Below, piece after piece: positions 43,949 to 49,349 of a DNA stretch of 49,492 bases. The position numbers and the translations under genes were made by a program. Where the stretch lies: the IMG/VR virus record IMGVR_UViG_3300022748_000007; one strand, 5' to 3'. Origin of the DNA: a virus. Position 1 is the stretch's first letter, and every line of letters starts with the position of its first letter. The notes below the pieces were generated by a model that was not told the DNA's origin, made no database searches, and was given only the letters and a program-made list of their open reading frames with translations.

Positions 43949-44367
43949 GCAGGTTTTGCTTCCTCAAAGGTTGGTTTATCTTTGCCAAGATAATTGTAGG
44001 TACATAGGATGTGACTACCCTTATCCTTGCCTGTTAGTGGACGGAACGACACGACAAATGGCATATCATTCTCACGCCATTCATCATTGACAGGGAACTC
44101 TTTGTATGAACGAGAGATACCCACAATGATGACAGCGCCATATTTATTAAAGCCTTTCTGCTCTGTTGGATAGGCAGTGTCACCCGTCTGGAGCTTTACC
44201 TTATTGGATTGCTCACGGATAATATCATCACGGCGTCGATATTCCTCAACCTTAATGCCACGCATCATAGCTTGCTGATGCTCTTGTGGGGAATACCATT
44301 TACCAGCTACAAAGCCATGCAATGGTGGTTCTTTAACCCGAACCGAGGGATAGGATGCTTCAATCAT
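43945..44367 (-). CDS. Hypothetical protein
   Basis: 140 aa with an ATGA overlap. Confidence 0.55.
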   Translation of the reverse strand: MIEASYPSVRVKEPPLHGFVAGKWYSPQEHQQAMMRGIKVEEYRRRDDIIREQSNKVKLQTGDTAYPTEQKGFNKYGAVIIVGISRSYKEFPVNDEWRENDMPFVVSFRPLTGKDKGSHILCTYNYLGKDKPTFEEAKPA

Positions 44368-44892
44368 TTAGTTTCCTTCTTGGGGAGCATACGCATGGGG
44401 ATTGTAATGAGTAGGACTGCCACCAGCGATAGCACCTCCTAGACCAAAATCTGCTGGAAATACTGTTGGCATAGGTTGGATAGCAACTTGTTCAGGTGTT
44501 GCTGTGACTTGTGATGTTTGCATAGCTTCCATTTCTGCAATCATTTGACTAATGGATGCTGATGGAATTGGTGGTGCGTAGTCTGCTAACGACTTACGTT
44601 TGGGCTTTGGAGCCTTGCCTTTAGCTTCAGCATTAAGCTGTAAACGCTCCATCAATGGATGCATTTGCTTAATAACTTCAACTACTGAGAAGTCTTCCAA
44701 GTCAAGATTGATTCGATTGATTACTAAGAACCAATAGCTACATTTGCCTTTCTTCCAGTCACGACGTATCGCTTTAACATAAGAAGCTAGTTCTTCTTCG
44801 GAGTAGTATACTTTACGTGAATAGCACTCAGGACTGCCACGTTGATATGGGTCACTGCCTATGAACAGTTCGGTACGGATTAGCAAAGGCAT
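44368..44892 (-). CDS. Hypothetical protein
   Basis: 174 aa track ORF. Confidence 0.55.
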   Translation of the reverse strand: MPLLIRTELFIGSDPYQRGSPECYSRKVYYSEEELASYVKAIRRDWKKGKCSYWFLVINRINLDLEDFSVVEVIKQMHPLMERLQLNAEAKGKAPKPKRKSLADYAPPIPSASISQMIAEMEAMQTSQVTATPEQVAIQPMPTVFPADFGLGGAIAGGSPTHYNPHAYAPQEGN

Positions 44893-45086
44893 ACGTCCTC
44901 GCCACTACCAATGTTAATGCGATTGTTGATAGACCCGCCGCTTAGCTCGGCTAAGAACTTGTCCGCCGCAACTGCACAGCAATCTTCCTCAGCAATGGCT
45001 TGCATAGCCTCAGCCTCGCGGTCAAACAGGTCGGTGCAGGTGTCGCACAGGTTTACTTCACCACATTCAGGACATACATTCATCAT
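44880..45086 (-). CDS. Small zinc-ribbon-like protein
   Basis: 68 aa. Motif CPECG...CDTC. Confidence 0.5.
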   Translation of the reverse strand: MMNVCPECGEVNLCDTCTDLFDREAEAMQAIAEEDCCAVAADKFLAELSGGSINNRINIGSGEDVCLC

Positions 45087-45211
45087 ACATTAGCTCCTAC
45101 AAATTTAAACATACTAAAGGCACGTGGGGCGTTACGTGCAAATAGCATATAATGAAAGCTTTTACCGACAAATCGACTACGTTTAACGCGAACAGGGATG
45201 AACTTAATCAT
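45083..45211 (-). CDS. Small basic ORF (42 aa)
   Basis: Hand-translated as MIKFIPVRVKRSRFVGKSFHYMLFARNAPRAFSMFKFVGANV. AAGGAAA RBS. Its stop overlaps the next ATG. Confidence 0.35.
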   Translation of the reverse strand: MIKFIPVRVKRSRFVGKSFHYMLFARNAPRAFSMFKFVGANV

Positions 45212-45226
45212 TTTGTTTCCTTTTAG

Positions 45227-45805
45227 TTAAAGACCATAATGGTTAAAATATGAATTTAAACCACTAAAATTACCATACTGTACTGCATCATACACGTTGT
45301 GCCACAAATCCTCACGAGGAGCGCTGCTCCATGTAAATGCATCAATAAGAGAAGTCTTATTGGGTTGTAAGTTGGCAATTGTGGGACTACCAAATGCCAT
45401 TTTAAGACTACGATATACATAGTCATGGTATTTGTATGGTAGTTTATTACGCAGTGTAATCCACAAAGGAGATGACGCTACTAGTGCAGGTTGCTCAATG
45501 TATTCAGGATGGGTATATACAACACTACCTTCAGGAATACCTGTTTGTGAAGGAGCTGGTTGTGCTCGCTTAGCTTTCTCATTCAAGATAAGCTTAGGTT
45601 TAGGCACACTAATGGGAGCACCATCAGCAGTTAAAGCCTCGAAGCGATGGGCAAAGAACTCACGTACCACACCTACAACGTGGATAAACTCATCACCATC
45701 AGAATCTACACGCCGATGTGCTACGGTGTAAACATTACCATTGGTTAGCTTACCACTATGGCCTTGGTCAATACACCTAACAAGTTGTCCTACTTGGAAC
45801 GTCAT
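45227..45805 (-). CDS. Hypothetical protein (paralogous N-terminal domain)
   Basis: 192 aa. The N-terminus VGQLVRCID...GNVYTV...AHRFE resembles that of the upstream neighbour. Confidence 0.55.
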   Translation of the reverse strand: MTFQVGQLVRCIDQGHSGKLTNGNVYTVAHRRVDSDGDEFIHVVGVVREFFAHRFEALTADGAPISVPKPKLILNEKAKRAQPAPSQTGIPEGSVVYTHPEYIEQPALVASSPLWITLRNKLPYKYHDYVYRSLKMAFGSPTIANLQPNKTSLIDAFTWSSAPREDLWHNVYDAVQYGNFSGLNSYFNHYGL

Positions 45806-46251
45806 ACACTATATTCCTGTGCTTCTGAGGTATACACGGGTACTTTCTTAATAGAATATACCTTAGCCAACACGTAAAACTCTGCACTAGGATGCAAAGC
45901 AGCCAAACGATTGGCCTCATTCTTAGCATCATCGAAGGTTAAATGCACCACAGTTGGAGCATTACCACCCAAACGCTGCACATAATAAGTGTCTGCTTGT
46001 GGGCGCAAACCTTTGGTCTTAGGCTTAGCTTTTTCGTTGATTGTTACTGTTTCTGGATTCATATGATTTCTTTCTTTCAACACAAAACGATGCGCACCAT
46101 AATGCCACATTCCATACCCATTCCCTTTACCAACTAAATAAAGGAGTTCGCCTTGTTGAGTCACACCTTGTACTTCATAGGTATAACCTTTAACTAGAGT
46201 GGCTACACAAGAGGCATCAATACACTTTACCTTATCTCCTGCCTTAAACAT
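45802..46251 (-). CDS. Hypothetical protein (paralogous N-terminal domain)
   Basis: 149 aa with an AAGGAGG RBS. N-terminus AGDKVKCID...GYTYEV...AHRFV. Confidence 0.55.
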   Translation of the reverse strand: MFKAGDKVKCIDASCVATLVKGYTYEVQGVTQQGELLYLVGKGNGYGMWHYGAHRFVLKERNHMNPETVTINEKAKPKTKGLRPQADTYYVQRLGGNAPTVVHLTFDDAKNEANRLAALHPSAEFYVLAKVYSIKKVPVYTSEAQEYSV

Positions 46252-46351
46252 AGATAAAACCTCCTTGTAGCCATTGCATAGTTAGCCCAATTACAATGAA
46301 AGTAAAGGCAAACACAATAAGCCAAAACCAAAAATAGACAAAGAATTTCAT
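46244..46351 (-). CDS. Possible TM peptide (35 aa)
   Basis: Hand-translated as MKFFVYFWFWLIVFAFTFIVIGLTMQWLQGGFIYV. ATGA-coupled upstream. Confidence 0.3.
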   Translation of the reverse strand: MKFFVYFWFWLIVFAFTFIVIGLTMQWLQGGFIYV

Positions 46352-46590
46352 GGCACAGCTCCATCTGTTAATTGATATTCACGGACAATAGTTTTCTTAT
46401 TGATGGTGGCAATGTATTTATCCCATGCCTGCCAATCAATAATCCGGCGTAGCCCATCCTCAGTGGTTTTAGGATAACCAAGGGCTTTCCATGCAGTCCA
46501 CACTTTTTCCGTACTGTAATGACAGCCGTTGTAGCATCGACGTTGTGGGTCATTATTGACCTCAATCTGCTCTCTAGTCCAGATAATCAC
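46348..46590 (-). CDS. Hypothetical protein
   Basis: 80 aa track ORF. Confidence 0.5.
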   Translation of the reverse strand: MIIWTREQIEVNNDPQRRCYNGCHYSTEKVWTAWKALGYPKTTEDGLRRIIDWQAWDKYIATINKKTIVREYQLTDGAVP

Positions 46591-46850
46591 GTTAAACCAC
46601 CTTTGTGTGAACTGTTAAGACCCTTAAGCAAGGACAAATCAGTGATTAGGATGTAGTTGCTCTTAGGCATTGGAGCCACGGTAAACTTACGCTTACTGGC
46701 TTCTTTAGCCCCACAAATTAAGCATGTAAAGTAGCCAAGCGATAGGCGTTGATTGTCTATTGGCTGACCACATTTACAAACCTTGGGCTTGGCCCTGTTG
46801 ATAGACCTTTTGTTGATAGACCCGATTCCCACGGATGTTGCTTTACCCAT
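46587..46850 (-). CDS. Zinc-ribbon protein (TraR/DksA-like, tentative)
   Basis: 87 aa from MGKATSV (the track GTG start at 46877 lies inside the terminator U-tract). Motif CKCGQPIDNQR...CLICG. Confidence 0.45.
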   Translation of the reverse strand: MGKATSVGIGSINKRSINRAKPKVCKCGQPIDNQRLSLGYFTCLICGAKEASKRKFTVAPMPKSNYILITDLSLLKGLNSSHKGGLT

Positions 46851-46878
46851 TGTTCTACTCTTTCGATTAAAACCCACG

Positions 46879-46902
46879 AAAAAAAGCCCACAATGCGTGG
46901 GC
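46879..46902 (-). terminator. Intrinsic terminator T2 (leftward)
   Basis: Minus strand reads GCCCAC-gcatt-GTGGGC followed by U7. Confidence 0.75.
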
Positions 46903-46918
46903 CTAAAATGTAAGAACG

Positions 46919-46944
46919 AAAAAAAGCCCCATTGAAGGGGCTTT
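46919..46944 (-). terminator. Intrinsic terminator T1 (leftward)
   Basis: Minus strand reads AAAGCCCC-ttcaat-GGGGCTTT, running into a 7-U tract. Confidence 0.75.
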
Positions 46945-47107
46945 TAATTCTAAGGTACTTAGTTAGTACATGGCACGGGCTTAGATAATTCAGCTATCAA
47001 TGCTAGGCGCATCTCTAATGAAATAAATTCTAGGCCATTGGATTCTCGCAAAGCAAGGATTAGATTCGCAGTCAATATGTGACATGGGGCAATAAGAATT
47101 GTGTCAA

Positions 47108-47989
47108 TCATACGGATGCGTCCTCGGCTTCGGGGGCTAACTCATACCCCAAGACTGCCGCGCGGGTAATTAGTTCATCTTCGCTAATTTGACCATTCTC
47201 ATACTGAGCGTTCAGCCCTTCAATGGTGTCAGGTTCAGCGGCCTTAGCCATTACTGCATCAGCCGTATTTGTAAGAGATGTATTCCCGATAAGTGAGGTC
47301 ATGTCTTCTAACGCCTCACGATACAGTCCTTCGTATGTTGCAAGCATGGATTTTAGCGCGGCAATTGCCGTGGGATAATCCCCTAAGTCCGTGGTTTCTT
47401 TTCGGTTTGCAATGTCGCTAGATAGTTTTACCAATTTGCCAGCGATACCTTCGGGCGTAGCGGGTTGCACTTTTTGCATTTCATTAGCAAGGATTTTGTC
47501 AATAGCCGCGACTGTAATGCACTTACCATTATCATGCACGGGTAATTTGCCCATGTGTGCAAAATACTTAATGACGCGACTCTTTGCGTTGGCATAGCCG
47601 CCACCTTCACGCAAACCCGCTGCGAATAGCTGCCATTGTTTCTCAATAGTGGCAGGGGTATTGCCCTTTGCTTGCAAGGGTGCAGAGAATCGGGGTTTCA
47701 AATACTCGGTTTCTAAGTCTCTAATGGCACTTTTCAAGTCATTAGGCACCAATTCATTAATTGGAGTAAGCCCCTTGTATTCATCCAAGCGAGGATTATC
47801 CAATAAGTGAGACAACAAAGAAACAGCGGCTTTGCTTACATTGTCACGGCTTCGGATTTCACCATTGACAATCCGGATAGCCTCGGCGTCATCCAAGGCA
47901 TTAAACAATTCCAATTTCTCGGCTTTGTTTGTCTTAGTGTTCACGAAGGTGACACTATCGTCATTATAGGAAATTTCAAAGAATGGCAT
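47108..47989 (-). CDS. First leftward (early) gene, unknown function
   Basis: 293 aa. GGAG lies 8 nt upstream of the ATG. Followed by two tandem terminators. Confidence 0.6.
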   Translation of the reverse strand: MPFFEISYNDDSVTFVNTKTNKAEKLELFNALDDAEAIRIVNGEIRSRDNVSKAAVSLLSHLLDNPRLDEYKGLTPINELVPNDLKSAIRDLETEYLKPRFSAPLQAKGNTPATIEKQWQLFAAGLREGGGYANAKSRVIKYFAHMGKLPVHDNGKCITVAAIDKILANEMQKVQPATPEGIAGKLVKLSSDIANRKETTDLGDYPTAIAALKSMLATYEGLYREALEDMTSLIGNTSLTNTADAVMAKAAEPDTIEGLNAQYENGQISEDELITRAAVLGYELAPEAEDASV

Positions 47990-48057
47990 TTTAATACTCC
48001 AATGTTATGCACTGTACACATGGGGTAACATCACCCGCATAACTGCACAATACATAA

Positions 48058-48070
48058 TCTTAGAATCTAA
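48058..48070. repeat. 13-bp motif TCTTAGAATCTAA, copy 1 (contains the palindrome TTAGA-a-TCTAA)
   Basis: Identical 13-mer at 48577-48589. Additional TCTAA half-sites at 48076-48080 and 48084-48088. Confidence 0.8.
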
Positions 48071-48094
48071 TTTTATCTAATCTTCTAAGGTTTT

Positions 48095-48125
48095 CTTAAC
48101 CCGTGAGATTTTCTCACGGCTTAAG
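48095..48125. repeat. Long hairpin/palindrome (13-bp stem with one C:C mismatch, 3-nt loop)
   Basis: CTTAAcCCGTGAGA-ttt-TCTCACGGcTTAAG. No U-tract follows on either strand. Confidence 0.7.
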
Positions 48126-48279
48126 AATTCCTACATTAGAAGCCACTATCTAGGTAAGACACTAGAAGGTATGCACAAACTATGCCAAGTAAGCATAAGA
48201 TTTCTTTAGTATTCATTTTCACCCCTTATTCATGGTTTATCGGTCTACCTATTACTAAGCACGTACCATGCCAGCCTTG

Positions 48280-48320
48280 AAACGTATACCAATGGCTTAC
48301 AAAAGCCTCAAAACGTATAC
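48280..48320. repeat. Direct repeat AAACGTATAC x2, 31 bp apart, flanking a 5-bp hairpin
   Basis: Copies at 48280-48289 and 48311-48320. GGCTT-acaa-AAGCC lies between them. Confidence 0.6.
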
Positions 48321-48336
48321 TTTCCACTTAAAAAAA

Positions 48337-48374
48337 GTGTCGGTTTTTTGACAGGGGTGACGTAATCCCGACAC
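48337..48374. repeat. Inverted repeat GTGTCGG ... CCGACAC (24-nt spacer)
   Basis: Arms at 48337-48343 and 48368-48374. An A7 run sits immediately upstream on the + strand. Confidence 0.7.
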
Positions 48375-48376
48375 CT

Positions 48377-48406
48377 AGTGTAAGTTTCACGTAAGAAATG
48401 TGTCAA
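48377..48406 (-). promoter_or_regulatory. Candidate leftward sigma70 promoter
   Basis: Minus strand reads TTGACA-(18 nt)-TACACT. The predicted start falls inside the CCGACAC repeat. Confidence 0.35.
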
Positions 48407-48476
48407 TTTTCCGTCACTTTGTATACCTTTGTTTCCAAAACAGCTTGCGCATTACTACTAAAGTATTACACCCAAC

Positions 48477-48492
48477 TGTCGGGAATCCGACA
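48477..48492. repeat. Palindrome TGTCGG-gaat-CCGACA (same half-site as 48337-48374)
   Basis: Read directly from the sequence. Confidence 0.7.
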
Positions 48493-48576
48493 CAATTAAA
48501 ACTTCTGTTTCTATATGACTGTGGTTTGTAAGAAAAAAGTATTACATTTATATGTTGTACTACTTTTGTTTGCAAG

Positions 48577-48589
48577 TCTTAGAATCTAA
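48577..48589. repeat. 13-bp motif TCTTAGAATCTAA, copy 2
   Basis: Identical to 48058-48070. Confidence 0.8.
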
Positions 48590-48743
48590 GATTTCCTGCT
48601 AGGCTATGACTACATCCATGCCGATAGCTTGGGGCTATCTTGAAAATGGCTTATATAAGTATATCAATGGGGGCTTATGTAAGTGGTTGATTAAATTAAA
48701 TTTGCATAACAACAAACATTATGACCTCATTACATTTAAAAGA

Positions 48744-48757
48744 GGGGGGGTGGGGGG
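48744..48757 (+). repeat. G7-T-G6 tract, first of a cluster of G-runs extending to ~48881
   Basis: gggggggtgggggg. Further runs of 3 or more G at 48765-67, 48821-24, 48827-29, 48841-45, 48869-71 and 48878-81. Confidence 0.8.
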
Positions 48758-49078
48758 AAAACTTGGGATTCCATAAAATGACGTAATGCACCTTGCTACG
48801 ATTTTTATAATTTTTTAAAAGGGGTAGGGCTGCTTTCATGGGGGTGTATTACATGGAATCATTTAAACGGGTTTTAAGGGGCTATTTATATGTCAGGCTA
48901 TGCTGCCCTAGGCAGGGCTCTAACAGAGCCTTCTAGGTACCTCATAATCGTTTTAAACATGGTTACGTGCTCGGCTAGGGCCTCGCATGAAAGCTTTCTG
49001 TCTAACAGAAGATTGTTTTATGATTTCTTGTATGCTCGGGGCATAGCCCTCGCGTGTGCGTGCATACGCACGTATAAG

Positions 49079-49145
49079 TTATAATATAATAATATAATTA
49101 AATAATAATAATATAATAAATATATATATAATATATTAATATATA
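49079..49145. repeat. 67-bp pure A/T tract built from ATAAT/TATA units
   Basis: No G or C between 49078 and 49146. Confidence 0.9.
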
Positions 49146-49173
49146 GTATATCATACATTCTTGTATTTGTCAA
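49145..49173 (-). promoter_or_regulatory. Near-consensus leftward sigma70 promoter (early)
   Basis: Minus strand reads TTGACA-aatacaagaatgtatga(17)-TATACT, with an extended -10 TG. A/T-rich UP-like region at 49178-49212. Confidence 0.65.
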
Positions 49174-49217
49174 GACACGGTCTTAAAAATATTTTTATAA
49201 ATTTTTTTGTAAAACTA

Positions 49218-49246
49218 TTGACATTTGTATTCTTTTGTGGTATAAT
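49218..49246 (+). promoter_or_regulatory. Consensus rightward sigma70 promoter (tRNAs and late arm)
   Basis: TTGACA-tttgtattcttttgtgg(17)-TATAAT with an extended -10 TG. Shares the A/T-rich upstream region with the leftward promoter. Confidence 0.75.
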
Positions 49247-49321
49247 ATTAAGTATACAGCGTTCACAAAGTGAACTTGCAATACAGCCTGTACTATTACA
49301 TGCTTGTTAAAGATAACACGG

Positions 49322-49347
49322 CTCCCCTCTTGCAGGGGAGTTCTTCT
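49322..49347 (+). terminator. Intrinsic terminator/attenuator hairpin between the promoter and tRNA-Trp
   Basis: CTCCCCT-cttgc-AGGGGAG followed by TTCTTCT. Ends 2 nt before the tRNA 5' end. Confidence 0.55.
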
Positions 49348-49349
49348 GC

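Larger units (their letters stand above)
47990..49349. other. 1.36-kb ORF-free control region (promoters, repeats, A/T tract; possible origin and/or genome ends)
   Basis: The track lists no ORF of 60 aa or more here except the doubtful 48890..49084. The region is dense in palindromes and repeats. Confidence 0.7.

Noticed and set aside
47102-47107. TTGACA hexamers at 47102 and about 47083 (minus strand) as promoters for the genes beyond the twin terminators
   Set aside because: The corresponding -10 positions read TGTCAC and TTTGCG, which are poor matches. Both also lie upstream of the terminators.
164-47989. Lysogeny module (integrase, CI-like repressor, excisionase) or phage RNA polymerase
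   Set aside because: I saw no tyrosine/serine recombinase motifs, no repressor-like HTH pair and no RNAP-sized ORF in any frame. Absence by eye is not proof.
48358-48787. 9-mer TGACGTAAT present twice (48358 and 48779), and 10-11-mers such as ATTACATTTA / AAAGTATTACA
   Set aside because: By back-of-envelope estimate, several 9-mer pairs and about one 10-mer pair are expected by chance in 1.3 kb. These are not significant on their own.
48890-49084. 64-aa + strand ORF in the control region
   Set aside because: It uses AGG/AGA/ATA/CTA codons that the clear genes avoid. It is built from palindromes and imperfect repeats, and it is isolated from any operon. I treat it as non-coding, but I cannot exclude it without Ribo-seq or conservation data.
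49079-49145. A/T microsatellite read as a CRISPR-like or tandem-repeat array
   Set aside because: There is no constant repeat/spacer periodicity. It is only low-complexity ATAAT/TATA units.
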